Assembly (NCBI GenBank): GCA_019058365.1
Contig: JAHPZE010000007.1
Location: 103,210-167,209, forward strand
DNA length: 64,000 bases
DNA from: Promethearchaeota archaeon
GTDB lineage: Archaea; Asgardarchaeota; Lokiarchaeia; Sigyniarchaeales; SOKP01
Direction: 5' to 3'
The notes below the pieces were generated by a model. It was given only the letters and a program-made list of their open reading frames with translations. It was not told the DNA's origin and ran no database searches. This document shows positions 10,840-21,866 of this stretch, one piece after another. Every line of letters begins with the position of its first letter. The first letter of the stretch is position 1. The position numbers and the translations under genes were made by a program.

Positions 10840-10915
10840 GTGGGGTGCTTTAGAGTTAGATTTTACAATAGTAATCTTTCGGATACTTTATTATCTTAAT
10901 TCTAAAGCGCTCCGC
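10840..10915 (+). ncRNA. Candidate structured RNA / long hairpin
   Basis: GTGGGGTGCTTTAGAGTTAGA pairs with TCTTAATTCTAAAGCGCTCCGC; most non-Watson-Crick positions are G-U on the + strand. Confidence 0.4.
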
Positions 10916-10935
10916 CTTTAATTTTGGTATAATGC

Positions 10936-11439
10936 TTAATTTTCACTAATATCTATTTTTTTAGCAGGTATTTTGCTAAATGTTACCTTTAGTAGCCCAT
11001 TAGCCATTTTTGAGACTATTGTATCTGTATCTGCATCAACGGGTAAAGGAATGTCCATATCTACATCAATAAATGTAAATCCCTTCCAGAAGAATGGATT
11101 GCAACATTCATGAAGCGTTTTTTCTTCCTCTGGCTTTTCATTTACATTTTTTCTTTCAGGAACCTTCGGTTTCTCTGATTTAATGTTCAGATGTTTGTTA
11201 ATTAAAGAAACCTTAACTTCTTCTTTAGTACGACCAGCTAAAGGTACAGTAATCAAATAGTTATCTCCAAGGTCTTCAACATTAAAAGGTATTTGACTCC
11301 CCATAAAACCTTTCATAAAATGTGTAGCCATCTTTTTCATTTTATGCAATTGTTGAGGATTAAATGGAAAGCAACCAAACATCGCTTTTTGATCATAAAC
11401 ACGACCGTGACTATGACCATGAGGACTTTCATCACACAT
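10936..11439 (-). CDS. Small heat-shock protein (Hsp20/alpha-crystallin)
   Basis: 'YLITVPLAG..KEEVKV', 'IPLP', 'SKMANGLLKVTFSK'. Confidence 0.88.
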   Translation of the reverse strand: MCDESPHGHSHGRVYDQKAMFGCFPFNPQQLHKMKKMATHFMKGFMGSQIPFNVEDLGDNYLITVPLAGRTKEEVKVSLINKHLNIKSEKPKVPERKNVNEKPEEEKTLHECCNPFFWKGFTFIDVDMDIPLPVDADTDTIVSKMANGLLKVTFSKIPAKKIDISEN

Positions 11440-11495
11440 TTTTTATTTTCCTCCTTAATTTATTTATTTTTTTGTATATATTTTAATGGCAAAAG

Positions 11496-12146
11496 TTAAA
11501 AATTCTCATACTCCTCATCATCCACTATAGGGATGGTCTTTGTATTTTTCTCTCTTTCTTTTTTTAAATCTTTTAAAAAATTCTCATATTTTTCAAGTTC
11601 ATTATCAATTTCTGTTAATCGCATTGAGATCCTTTCTCTGCTAAATTTTAAATCATCAATAATTCTTTCAACTCTACTAATATTTGTTAAAGAAAAATCT
11701 CCTTGATTGATTTCTCTATCAATTGGTGCACAATGATAAGGAAAACAAGACATTACTCCTTTAATTCGTTTTTCATGGGGTGACCATGCATTCACAACTG
11801 TGCGAATATAATCTCCAAGAGTATTCATACTAGATTCAAAATTATCTTTTAAAATTTCTTTTAATCTCTCCATACCTCGTCCGGTAATTCTGTAAATCTT
11901 TTTCTGACGATTGTTTTCATCAATAAATTCTTCTGTATCAACAAAACCTTTTTTATCCAATCTATTTAACAAAGGATATATTGTTCCTGGAGAAGCTCTC
12001 CACATTGGTTTAAATTTTTTATTAATTACTTGACTTATTTCATAACCAGATATCCCTTCTCGATTTCTAATAATAGAAAGTACCAAAATATCTAACCCTG
12101 AGAACGCTCCACCTTGATAACCACTAAATCGTTTGCCAAAGAACAT
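11496..12146 (-). CDS. PadR-family transcriptional regulator
   Basis: 'SGYEI...SPGTIYPLLNRLDKKG...KIYRITGRG'. Confidence 0.92.
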   Translation of the reverse strand: MFFGKRFSGYQGGAFSGLDILVLSIIRNREGISGYEISQVINKKFKPMWRASPGTIYPLLNRLDKKGFVDTEEFIDENNRQKKIYRITGRGMERLKEILKDNFESSMNTLGDYIRTVVNAWSPHEKRIKGVMSCFPYHCAPIDREINQGDFSLTNISRVERIIDDLKFSRERISMRLTEIDNELEKYENFLKDLKKEREKNTKTIPIVDDEEYENF

Positions 12147-12638
12147 TTTTTAACTTCACCAATATATCAGTTTTTGATAAAATTTATGATATTAAAGGAA
12201 AGACACCTATATAAATATATCGGAGATCGAATATTCAATAAATATTTGAGAGAAGCCAGAAAAAACAAAATGAAAAACTGAAATACCAAAATAATTTATA
12301 AGGAATATAGTGATTTAATAATCAATTATTTCTAATCATAGGAAACTTCTTTATCTTCATAATTATTAATTATTCGATTTTTGAGACTTGAATTCATAAT
12401 GTTAATATTTTTCTTATTAAATTTTCAATATTATAATCTCAATTAAAGGAATAAATATTGATAGGTATAATCTCTGTAAAGAATGTTTAAAAAAATGTCC
12501 AATGCGTAACTTTAATAGCCCTAACAGAACGCTACCCCGTTTACCAATAGAAACTAATTTTATTTCTGAATCCTCTAATTAATAGTATAACAAAAATACT
12601 TATTAATATCAAGTGAAAACTTAAATTAACAAACTATT

Positions 12639-14204
12639 TTGTTATATAAAAATATAATGTCATTATTAGATAAATTGCAAAGGAAAAAAGGGAAGAGGTG
12701 GATTATCCTTTATGTTGTTTTATGTATTAATTTGATAATTTTTCTTACATTAATTCATACAATTGAACCTTATTGGTATGAAATTAATTCAGAGGTATCA
12801 AGTTGGGTAGGATTTGACTTTGATATTGTTCTTTTAGTAAGGATAATTCTAATATTACCATTACTTTATGGTTTAGTATTAATTTTCATCAATATAAGAA
12901 AATTTACACAAGCAGATGAGCTAAAACCCTGTACTTTAAATAAAATAATACCGTTTATCTTGATTGTCTTGTATAATGTCATATTTAGTGTTTTATTATA
13001 CTTTTTTGACCAATATGGGCAAGTTAGGAGAATTTTACAAGTTTTGGATTTTTATAGTATTTACATTATTTTTATTCTTGATATCCTTCTTATAGTCTTA
13101 TTATATCCAATAATCAAAACTGTACCTAAATTAAAAAATTATCTTTCAAGAAAATACTTAGATCCATATAAGAAAGCATTGATAATAGTTATATGCCTTA
13201 TCAGTTGTTACATTTTTACTTTTACAATTCCAATAATATATCGACCTTCAAATGTGATAAATGGAGATTTACCACCAAAACCAGATTTGATTGCTCACAG
13301 AGGTGCTTCATCCTTAGCTCCAGAAAATACAATTGAAGCGGGTCTTGCAGCTCTTGAATATAATACCGTTATTGGATGGGAAGTAGACATTAAAATTAGT
13401 TTTGATGGAGTTCCGTTTTTAATGCATGATGATACATTATTGAGAACAACCAATGTATCAGATCATTTTCCCAGTAGAAAATACGATAAAGCAGAAACAT
13501 TTACAATTTCAGAACTTCGAGAATTAGATGCAGGTTCTTGGTTTGTGGAAGAGGATCCTTTTGATACCATCTCAAAAGGAATTATATCTTATGCAAAAGC
13601 AGAGTCATACAAGGGTATAAGAATTCCTACTTTTGAAGAAGTCCTTAACTTCACACGGGATAATAATTATTATTTAGATTTTGATGCCGATAGGCCAGAT
13701 CCTAGTCATCCTTATTATGAGGATTTTTATGAAATTCTCTTAAATATGACTATTGAATCTGGTGTTGATTTATCTAAAATGATGATTCCAACTTCTAATT
13801 CAGAATGGATTGAAATGATCAATATTCGTGCCCCTAATATTTTATTAGGATGGCCCGGTTCACCATCCCCTATTGAATTTGAATCTTCTTCTTATAATTA
13901 TTCTTATATTAATACGGATGATACATATTCAAATGCTGGATATCAAGCTTTATATCAATCAAATTTATCAGTAATGGTATATACAATCGACGCAAAGGAA
14001 AGACATTCTCAATTATGGTGTCTTGGAGCAAAATGGGTGAAAACAAATACTCCTTATAAATTCAACGATTTAACAAAACCTCTGTGGTATATGAATATTC
14101 TAACTTATGAAACAATATGGTTTATTTTTATTATTGCTGCTATTAGTTCTGCAATTATAATAAAATTTATACTAATTGAAAAATTCAAGGTAAGAAAAAA
14201 ATGA
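12639..14204 (+). CDS. Membrane-bound glycerophosphodiester phosphodiesterase
   Basis: 'IAHRGAS.LAPENT', 'EVDI', 'MHDDTL.RTT', 'LDAGSWF', 'IPTFEEVL'; N-terminal TM helices. Confidence 0.92.
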   Translation: MLYKNIMSLLDKLQRKKGKRWIILYVVLCINLIIFLTLIHTIEPYWYEINSEVSSWVGFDFDIVLLVRIILILPLLYGLVLIFINIRKFTQADELKPCTLNKIIPFILIVLYNVIFSVLLYFFDQYGQVRRILQVLDFYSIYIIFILDILLIVLLYPIIKTVPKLKNYLSRKYLDPYKKALIIVICLISCYIFTFTIPIIYRPSNVINGDLPPKPDLIAHRGASSLAPENTIEAGLAALEYNTVIGWEVDIKISFDGVPFLMHDDTLLRTTNVSDHFPSRKYDKAETFTISELRELDAGSWFVEEDPFDTISKGIISYAKAESYKGIRIPTFEEVLNFTRDNNYYLDFDADRPDPSHPYYEDFYEILLNMTIESGVDLSKMMIPTSNSEWIEMINIRAPNILLGWPGSPSPIEFESSSYNYSYINTDDTYSNAGYQALYQSNLSVMVYTIDAKERHSQLWCLGAKWVKTNTPYKFNDLTKPLWYMNILTYETIWFIFIIAAISSAIIIKFILIEKFKVRKK

Positions 14205-14387
14205 TGAAATTTTGTTTTTAATATATCTATAATCCATATTAGAAAGTTATTAAATGTAAAAAAAATTGAAATCTCTTTAATATGTAAGTATAACACGGAA
14301 AATATAGTAAAAGAGAATTATTAAATAACTATAAAACTAATATAAATAAATTGATTAATACTTTTAAAAAGTGATCTTTTTAAGATA

Positions 14388-15119
14388 ATGTTGGCACAAT
14401 TAACTGGATTTGAAATATTTTATGGAAGTTTTACATTAATATCTGTTATAATATCCACCGTATTAGGTCTTTTTATTGCATTAAAGTATTTACAGCATAA
14501 AAAAATAGAATTACTTTTAGTTGGAATTACATGGATACTTTTAGCAAGCCCATACTGGTCTGATGCGATACAATTTATTACAAATACATTTTTCGGGATA
14601 AGCCTAGATCCACCTTTGTATTTCTTCTTAGCTAATGCGTTTATTGCTCCAATTCATATTACATGGCTTTATGCTTTTACTAATTTTCTTTTTAAGAAGC
14701 AACAGAAGAAAATAATGCTATTCTTTACCATTGAGGCAATATTTTTTGAAATTGTCTTTTTGTATGTCTTTTTTTTGAATCCTTTTCTAATCGGAGACCA
14801 AAGAAGTGCTTTTGTAGTAGAATGGGCAATATGGATACAAGTTTACTTATTATTTTCGATAATTCTATTCTTAGTTACTGGATTTTTATTTGCTAGAATC
14901 AGTCTAAAAGCAGATTCTTCTGAAATTAAACTAAAAGGAAAATTTTTAATAATAGCATTTCTAACTTTTACAATTGGAACGATGATAGATGTTATTGGAG
15001 CAGAAAATCCTACAGAAATAACTATTTTTTTTGCCAGAACTTTTGTAATTGTTAGTTCGATCTGCTTCTACATAGGATTCACATTACCTAGATTCATCAA
15101 AGAATTATTTATAAAATGA
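14388..15119 (+). CDS. Hypothetical 7-TM membrane protein
   Basis: Seven hydrophobic segments, no recognisable catalytic motif. Confidence 0.7.
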   Translation: MLAQLTGFEIFYGSFTLISVIISTVLGLFIALKYLQHKKIELLLVGITWILLASPYWSDAIQFITNTFFGISLDPPLYFFLANAFIAPIHITWLYAFTNFLFKKQQKKIMLFFTIEAIFFEIVFLYVFFLNPFLIGDQRSAFVVEWAIWIQVYLLFSIILFLVTGFLFARISLKADSSEIKLKGKFLIIAFLTFTIGTMIDVIGAENPTEITIFFARTFVIVSSICFYIGFTLPRFIKELFIK

Positions 15120-15181
15120 GAGAATAAAAACGCTTTATCTTTAAAGCGTATAAATTCTTTTTCTTTTTGAGCAGTAAGAGC

Positions 15182-16423
15182 TTAATAAAATAATTTTCCT
15201 GCTTCTATTAAAAGTAACTTGTTAATTTCTGGTATGAAACTGTTGATTAAATTATAATCATATATAAGCGCGGAACCACGATTAAACATCACAATACCTC
15301 CAAAAGAACCTCTACTAGATAATTTAATCCACATGTTAGCACTAAAACCAGGCGTTGCTCCACCATGCCCTTTGTAACCAGATTCATAAATACACCAACC
15401 TAATCCATAACCTTTATTTGTAAAACCTTCTGTTGAGGTACCTGTACGTATCACTTGGCTAGATAGCATTAATGTCACACTTTCAGGACTTAGTAACTGA
15501 GTTTTATTATACCTACCTTGATTCATAAAAGCGATCATATATTTTACCATATCCGATATAGTGCTTCTTATTGATCCTGCTCCTGTCACGTTCATATTAT
15601 AAAGGGGCAATTCAAGATTTGCGTTATCGCTCCATTCATAAGGAATAGCATGGTTATCAATAAAATCTTCGTAGAAATACCCACTATGAGACATATTTAA
15701 TGGATTAAAAATGTTTTCTTGAACATATTCCTCTAAAGATTGATTTGTAATTTGTTCAACTAAATACCCCAGTAATTGAAAACCCGCATTAGAATAGTGA
15801 AACTCTTTCCCGGGTTCTTGATACCAATTATAATCATTATAGTAGGGACCAAGAGGATTTAAACTACCGTTAAGAAATTCTTCCAATGTGGGTCGATGTG
15901 AAAATGCTATAATCCCCCAGCCTAAATTATCATTTATCCAATCAATTGTTTGATTATTAAAGTAATACTCAAGTGACCAGTAGAGGTTTGTTTGTAAGCC
16001 TGCTGTATGTGTTAAGAGCATTCGAGTTGTAATAGGGATGTTAGGATAATCAGGGTGTCTAACGGTAAAGGGGATATAATCACTAATATTATCATCTAAA
16101 TTTAATAGATTACTTTCATTTAGTTGAAGAATCGCAGTTGCAGTAAAAGTTTTTGTGATTGAACCAATCATATATACGGTATCTAAATCAGATTGGTTCC
16201 CATAACCATTCTCCCATACTAGTGTCTCATTTATGACTATCCCAGCAGCTAATGATGGAATTTCATATTCTGCCATAAGGTTTTCAATTTTAGTATCGAA
16301 AGGGTCTTGGATAGGTGCTTGATTAGGTTTAAGAGATGAAATTATAAAAAACGATGAAATTCCAGCAAGAACTACACCTGCGGTAATAATAAGCCCATAA
16401 ATGATGTTCCTTTTAACCTTCAT
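15182..16423 (-). CDS. Serine hydrolase, beta-lactamase/AmpC-like family, membrane-anchored
   Basis: SxxK 'GSITK', 'LLTHTAG', 'YSN', 'HGG'. Confidence 0.92.
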   Translation of the reverse strand: MKVKRNIIYGLIITAGVVLAGISSFFIISSLKPNQAPIQDPFDTKIENLMAEYEIPSLAAGIVINETLVWENGYGNQSDLDTVYMIGSITKTFTATAILQLNESNLLNLDDNISDYIPFTVRHPDYPNIPITTRMLLTHTAGLQTNLYWSLEYYFNNQTIDWINDNLGWGIIAFSHRPTLEEFLNGSLNPLGPYYNDYNWYQEPGKEFHYSNAGFQLLGYLVEQITNQSLEEYVQENIFNPLNMSHSGYFYEDFIDNHAIPYEWSDNANLELPLYNMNVTGAGSIRSTISDMVKYMIAFMNQGRYNKTQLLSPESVTLMLSSQVIRTGTSTEGFTNKGYGLGWCIYESGYKGHGGATPGFSANMWIKLSSRGSFGGIVMFNRGSALIYDYNLINSFIPEINKLLLIEAGKLFY

Positions 16424-16776
16424 AACAAATGTATCATAAGATAAATATGATTTAAAATTAGTTATTGATCCTTATAAATATTGGTCGAAAAAAAATTATA
16501 TGAAAGAATTTTCAAAATATACAAGAAAGTAAGATTATAAATAAAAGAATATTCTTATTTAATTTACATTACCATGATTTATTAAAGATTTTTTAATAAA
16601 GTAGATTTAAAAATAATTTTGTTTCTTTTATGTTAATGCAATTTTACCAATAATATTGTAATAATATTGAGGAGTTATTAGAATATATTATTTAAAACGT
16701 GAAATGAAGCTTTCACGAACATTCTCAGACTTTATTAGAACAATTATTTAAAATAGCGTTTGGTTTTGTAATATTA

Positions 16777-17568
16777 ATGAGTAAAGAAATAAAATTTAAT
16801 GAAGTTAAAGGAGTCTTAACAGACATAGATGGAACACTTTATTTTAAAGGAACTCCGATTCCTGGGGCTCTTGAAACACTTTTAAAACTTCGTGAAATTG
16901 GCTTAAAATTTATTTTTTTTACAAATACTGATAGTAAATCACCCAAAACAGTATTAAACATATTACAAGATTATGGATTTAACATTGATAAGGACGAGAT
17001 TTTGACTCCAATTATAGCCATAAAAGAATTTTTATCAAAATATCCTGATAAAAAGTCTTATTTAATCACAACAGAAGAAGTTGCAGAAGAATTTCAAGAA
17101 TTTCCTCAAGTTATGGGTTCTGAAATACCAGATTTTGTGATTATAGGTGATTTTCATGATAATTGGGATGTAAATAGGCTTAATGTAGCTTTTAAGTATG
17201 TTCTTAGAGGCGCTAAACTGCTTGGAATGCAAGGTAATAGATTTTATCTTGATAGTAATGGTGAACCAGTTATAGACACTGGTACATTTGTACAGATGAT
17301 TGCTAACGTTACTAATGTGACTCCAAAAATATTTGGAAAGCCTTCGAGAGAATATTTCCTTCAAGCACTAGAAAAATTAAATCTCGTTTCCGATGAGGTA
17401 ATTGTGATTGGCGATGATCTTGAATCTGATATTCAAGGAGCTATCAATGCAAATATTAAAGCAATTTTAGTAAAAACGGGTAAAGGTCAATATTATGACC
17501 CTACTAAAGTGAAAATTAAGCCAAATCTAGTCCTTGATTCATTCAGTTCATTAATAGAACTAATTTAA
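16777..17568 (+). CDS. HAD-superfamily subfamily IIA hydrolase (LHPP-like)
   Basis: 'DIDGTL', 'FTN', 'GKPS', 'IGDDLESDIQGA', 'VKTGK'. Confidence 0.92.
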   Translation: MSKEIKFNEVKGVLTDIDGTLYFKGTPIPGALETLLKLREIGLKFIFFTNTDSKSPKTVLNILQDYGFNIDKDEILTPIIAIKEFLSKYPDKKSYLITTEEVAEEFQEFPQVMGSEIPDFVIIGDFHDNWDVNRLNVAFKYVLRGAKLLGMQGNRFYLDSNGEPVIDTGTFVQMIANVTNVTPKIFGKPSREYFLQALEKLNLVSDEVIVIGDDLESDIQGAINANIKAILVKTGKGQYYDPTKVKIKPNLVLDSFSSLIELI

Positions 17569-17743
17569 TATTATTTTATTAGATTAAAAAACATATCAAA
17601 TACATAATATTAAACATAAAGAGACCAATCTTTACATTACTATTTTATGGCATGATAATGGGAGAGAATAAAAAAATTTATATACTCCATTCTTTTGTTA
17701 ATTCATAAAAAAATAATTTAATTAAAAATAGGATGCATTATCT

Positions 17744-18739
17744 ATGGCTTTAAAAGAATATTTTGTACGAGATTTAGTAATTAACGATGAATATGGGATA
17801 ATTGACTCAAATGCGACGATTCAAGATGCTGCAAAAAAAATGAAAGAATTAGGGGTTCCAGATTTAGTAGTAGTTGAAGGAGAAAATCAGAAAATTCTGG
17901 GTGTTATTGCAGACTTTGATATTGTGCAAAATGCTGTAGCAGAAGGTAAAAATGTAAAAACTGAAAAAGTTATTTCTACAATGTATAAAATAACTCCCGT
18001 GAATTTAGATACACCTGTCGCTGAAGCATTCACAAGAATGAGAAATTTAAATGTGAATGTAGTACCTGTAGTTGAAAATGAAAAACTTGTAGGAGTATGT
18101 ACCATCCAGGACTGTTGGAGCTTCATTCCAGATCAAAATATAGATAAAATTGGACTCATTCCTGTTAGAAATACAAGAGTCGCAGAATTTTGGTTTGCTA
18201 GTGTATGTGCAGTTATGGCATTCACACTAGGAATAATTTTACCTTTAACTGGAATTTTTGGTTTTTTTACAGGATATTATAGTAATCTTATGAGTTTACT
18301 TGGCATGGGACCAATTGTAGGAGACCCTATATTGTTTTTCACATTATTTGATGTAAGAGGTGCAGGGATAATGATGCCTTTTATTAATCTAATTGATCCT
18401 GTTTGGATTACAATCGATATTTTTAGTATCTTAATGTTGCTATCTGGAATAATGGGTTTATTTTCGATAATTTATACAAGTTTTTCTGATACAAGAAATT
18501 TACAGACAAGTTGGATTATAAGAACAATTGTGCCTAGTTTAGCAGTTTTCTTTATGGCATTTGAATGGATCTTATTCGGTATTGCCTTTGCAATTCAGAC
18601 TCCACAACCTATTATTTCTATTGATCCTATAGGATTAACGTTATCAATTATATCGATGATATTAATAATATTAGCAATCAATCGAGACTACATTTTCCGG
18701 GGAATAGAAGAGCCCGAAATTAAGAGTGGTGAGGTGTAA
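17744..18739 (+). CDS. CBS-pair domain membrane protein
   Basis: Two N-terminal CBS repeats ('LGVIADFDI', 'LVGVCTIQD') followed by TM helices. Confidence 0.85.
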   Translation: MALKEYFVRDLVINDEYGIIDSNATIQDAAKKMKELGVPDLVVVEGENQKILGVIADFDIVQNAVAEGKNVKTEKVISTMYKITPVNLDTPVAEAFTRMRNLNVNVVPVVENEKLVGVCTIQDCWSFIPDQNIDKIGLIPVRNTRVAEFWFASVCAVMAFTLGIILPLTGIFGFFTGYYSNLMSLLGMGPIVGDPILFFTLFDVRGAGIMMPFINLIDPVWITIDIFSILMLLSGIMGLFSIIYTSFSDTRNLQTSWIIRTIVPSLAVFFMAFEWILFGIAFAIQTPQPIISIDPIGLTLSIISMILIILAINRDYIFRGIEEPEIKSGEV

Positions 18740-18748
18740 ACATAAGAA

Positions 18749-20233
18749 ATGCCCCGAGGTGGCGGAGGTGGATTTAGAGGTGGAGGAGCCCGTGCTGGGG
18801 GATTTAGCGGGGGTTTTCGAGGTGGGGGTTTTCGAGGTAGTCCTGGTTCATTTAGAGGAGGATATAGCGGAGGCGGAAGACCTTTTGGAAGAACTGGCGC
18901 TTCAAGAGTAGTATCAAGATCACCAAGAGGACCTTATTCTCACAGTTATTATGGTCCGCGTCGTAGTTACTATAGACCTTATTGGTGGTATTATCGTCCA
19001 TGGTATTATAGATGGTGGTATTCGCCCTATTGGGCAGGACGTTGGAATAGACCTTGGTATTATAGCCCTGTTTATGTTGGTGGAGGAATATTATTTATCA
19101 TAATTCTAGCATTGGTGATTCTTCCAATTGCAGGTGTAGCATTCTGGTTCCCATTTAGCAACACAAATGCAGAGGGCTATGTTAATTATCGATCTACAGA
19201 GACTTTATATTTTAATGAATTTTGGTATGAATATGAATACACAGAAGCAGGACAAGAAATTACATTCTCAGCTCAATCTTCACCTAGTACTATAACATTT
19301 GCTCTTTGGAATCAGCCTTTTGAAAATCTTCCTACTACGACTGAATATATTGATATTATGAATTCATCATCTATTAATCCTATTTCAAGTGATTATTGGG
19401 CGGAGTGGTTATTTCTAAGAGCTGGTTCCTTAGTTCTGTATGATTTTAATTCAAGTGCAAACCTTGATTTCTTTATTGCAGATGGCTATGATTTCTATAA
19501 TTGGTATTATGGAGGTTCTCCAGTATTCCCAGTGAGTGAGATAAATTCTGATCAAAGTAGTGGATATTATAATATTCCCGCTACTCAAGATTATTATCTT
19601 GTATGGTATAATGAAGGAGGTTCCACAATTGATGTTGATTATACAATAAATTATACAGCTGTAAATGTTCCCGATTTTAGCCCTACTTATGAGACAAACG
19701 AAGATGTCACATTTATTGCAACAGATACATTCATTGTTCCAACATCTGGTAATTGGTATTTTTTTATATATTTTGATCCTATGAATTCCCCTGATGAATC
19801 AACAACAATTACTTTTGATGTAAGCTATGATACTGGTGTTACCTATCAACAGAGATGGCTTGATATTTCATGGATTTTAGTTGTAATTCTTGTAGTTATA
19901 GTCATTATATTAATAGCAGCTGTTGTAGCAAGAAGAGGTCAGAAAAAACTAAAGCTTAAAGCGCCAACAACACCAGAACAAAAAACAACATCGCCATATA
20001 AAATCGCTCCTCCTGAAACAGTTCAGAAAGAATTTAATTGCCCGCGTTGCAACGCATCGATAAAACCCGATTCTAAATTTTGTCCTATTTGTGGAGGCAA
20101 AATAGAAGGAAGACAACTTGGTACTCCTTCGATAACTACTCCGACTAATGCAAAAACATGTTCTTTGTGTGGAAGTAAACTTACTGGAACAGAGCAATTC
20201 TGTAAATGGTGTGGTACTAAAGTAGAAAAATAA
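18749..20233 (+). CDS. Membrane protein with RGG/GGF low-complexity N-terminus and C-terminal double zinc ribbons
   Basis: Gly/Arg then Tyr/Trp/Arg/Pro-rich N-terminus, two TM helices around an extracellular domain, 'CPRC..CPIC' and 'CSLC..CKWC'. Confidence 0.8.
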   Translation: MPRGGGGGFRGGGARAGGFSGGFRGGGFRGSPGSFRGGYSGGGRPFGRTGASRVVSRSPRGPYSHSYYGPRRSYYRPYWWYYRPWYYRWWYSPYWAGRWNRPWYYSPVYVGGGILFIIILALVILPIAGVAFWFPFSNTNAEGYVNYRSTETLYFNEFWYEYEYTEAGQEITFSAQSSPSTITFALWNQPFENLPTTTEYIDIMNSSSINPISSDYWAEWLFLRAGSLVLYDFNSSANLDFFIADGYDFYNWYYGGSPVFPVSEINSDQSSGYYNIPATQDYYLVWYNEGGSTIDVDYTINYTAVNVPDFSPTYETNEDVTFIATDTFIVPTSGNWYFFIYFDPMNSPDESTTITFDVSYDTGVTYQQRWLDISWILVVILVVIVIILIAAVVARRGQKKLKLKAPTTPEQKTTSPYKIAPPETVQKEFNCPRCNASIKPDSKFCPICGGKIEGRQLGTPSITTPTNAKTCSLCGSKLTGTEQFCKWCGTKVEK

Positions 20234-20249
20234 TAAATTTAAAATTCTT

Positions 20250-21866
20250 GGGTAATTTTATGAATGAAGGAAGAATTATAAATTCTTTCAACGGTCTTCG
20301 TTTGTAAAATCTTTCTACCCACTTTTTTTTATTGTTCCTTTATTTCTTATTAAGTATTCTTAAGAGAATTTATGAAATTTATCGGCTTATAAAATAGCTC
20401 TATTCACTGCAATTATTTAAAGGAGGCGGAACTCATTTTCATTCAGAAGATATTTAAGTAAAGAATTGTTAAAAGATCCCATGACTGGAAGATATAAAAA
20501 GGTTTATGAACCAATTTGGCGCTCGATCGAAGCCCAAAATGGAAGAGGAGTGCACTTTTGCTTAGGAAAAATACAAGTTCTTTGTCCGGCGTGTGGGAGT
20601 CCTTTAGTAGGAGGATACGGCACCCATAAACGAAAAACTAAGCGTGTGGAAACATTTCAATGCAAAAATCCAAATTGTGCACATTTAAAAAAGTTTAAAA
20701 CACTAAAACAATTTGTTTTGACTACTTCCTATAAATTTCAGGAATTAATAGGAATAAAACTTAAAGAATTTTACGAAGATTTAATGGTAAAGAGTGCAAA
20801 ACAAAAAACACTCGCAAAAAAATATGGGATATCTGAATCACAAGTCTCTGCACTTAGAATTAAACTTGAACTTGCGATTCACAGAATTAATAGCTTGGAT
20901 TCGCTCGTATTAACCCCCCAGCCCGATAGAGCCATTGCTATTGATGAAACTTTTCTGAAAATTAAAGGAATGTGCATATATATTATTATTGCTACGGGAT
21001 ATACTTCTCGAAAAGTATTAGGCATTAAGGTCTCAAAAACTCGTACGGAAGATGATATTAGAAAGGTGTTTGATGAAGCAAACCAAAATACTGAGCACCC
21101 CATTAACACCGTGAGCTCGGATGCGTTAAATTCAACGCAAGCTATGACTAAAAATCTGGGACGGGAAATCACTCATGTCATCCATCCGCATAAAAAGCCC
21201 TTCAAAAAAGCAATAATTAAAAACTATAGATATGAAGGCAATGAAAGAGTGACGGGGATTGTCGGCATTGAAAGTGACTTCTTTAAAAAGCGCGGAAAAC
21301 GTCAATTCAAATATATGGAAATGAGAGAAGATTTAACTTCTAAACCTCAGAGAAAGAGGGGACGACCATTAGGTTCTAAAACAAAAAAGAAAAAAAAACC
21401 TGCAAAATCAAAACAGAAACGCGGTCGCAAGGGGCTTTATACCGTATTTTCCAAAGGAAAAATTGGATATGCGAGTATAGACCCATATCGGGATAAATTA
21501 AAGATAAATAAGAGGTTGTCCAGCACGGTGACAGCCGCGCTGAACGCGACATTAATAATATATGCCCTAATGTCGATTCAAAATAATCTTGCAGAAAATA
21601 TAAATTCTTTCCTCCGTGCTGTTTTACGGTTAACAGGACCGAAAACGATTGAATCCGTGGAGCAACGCATTAGGGCGACTCTAAAAATACGCAACCATCC
21701 CGAACTCTTAGAAGACATTTTGATTGAAAGGAAAGTGAGAGCAGAATTTTTATATAACAATCTAAAATTGATAGAGTATGCCGAACTATTAGAAAGAGGG
21801 ATTATTGTGTAAGATTATAAAAAAAAGGGTTAATTTATAATTCTTCATTCATCTATAAAATTAACC
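20250..21866 (+). mobile_element. Complete insertion sequence (IS6/IS1-like DDE), 1617 bp
   Basis: 35-bp TIRs at 20250-20284 and 21832-21866 (31/35 identical, GG...CC ends); 8-bp direct repeat AAATTCTT at 20242-20249 and 21867-21874; single transposase ORF. Confidence 0.92.
20466..21812 (+). CDS. DDE transposase with N-terminal zinc finger and HTH (true start may be ATG 20481)
   Basis: 'CPACGS...CKNPNC', HTH 'QKTLAKKYGISESQVS', catalytic 'IAIDETF', 'SSDA', 'NNLAE'. Confidence 0.9.
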   Translation: MLKDPMTGRYKKVYEPIWRSIEAQNGRGVHFCLGKIQVLCPACGSPLVGGYGTHKRKTKRVETFQCKNPNCAHLKKFKTLKQFVLTTSYKFQELIGIKLKEFYEDLMVKSAKQKTLAKKYGISESQVSALRIKLELAIHRINSLDSLVLTPQPDRAIAIDETFLKIKGMCIYIIIATGYTSRKVLGIKVSKTRTEDDIRKVFDEANQNTEHPINTVSSDALNSTQAMTKNLGREITHVIHPHKKPFKKAIIKNYRYEGNERVTGIVGIESDFFKKRGKRQFKYMEMREDLTSKPQRKRGRPLGSKTKKKKKPAKSKQKRGRKGLYTVFSKGKIGYASIDPYRDKLKINKRLSSTVTAALNATLIIYALMSIQNNLAENINSFLRAVLRLTGPKTIESVEQRIRATLKIRNHPELLEDILIERKVRAEFLYNNLKLIEYAELLERGIIV

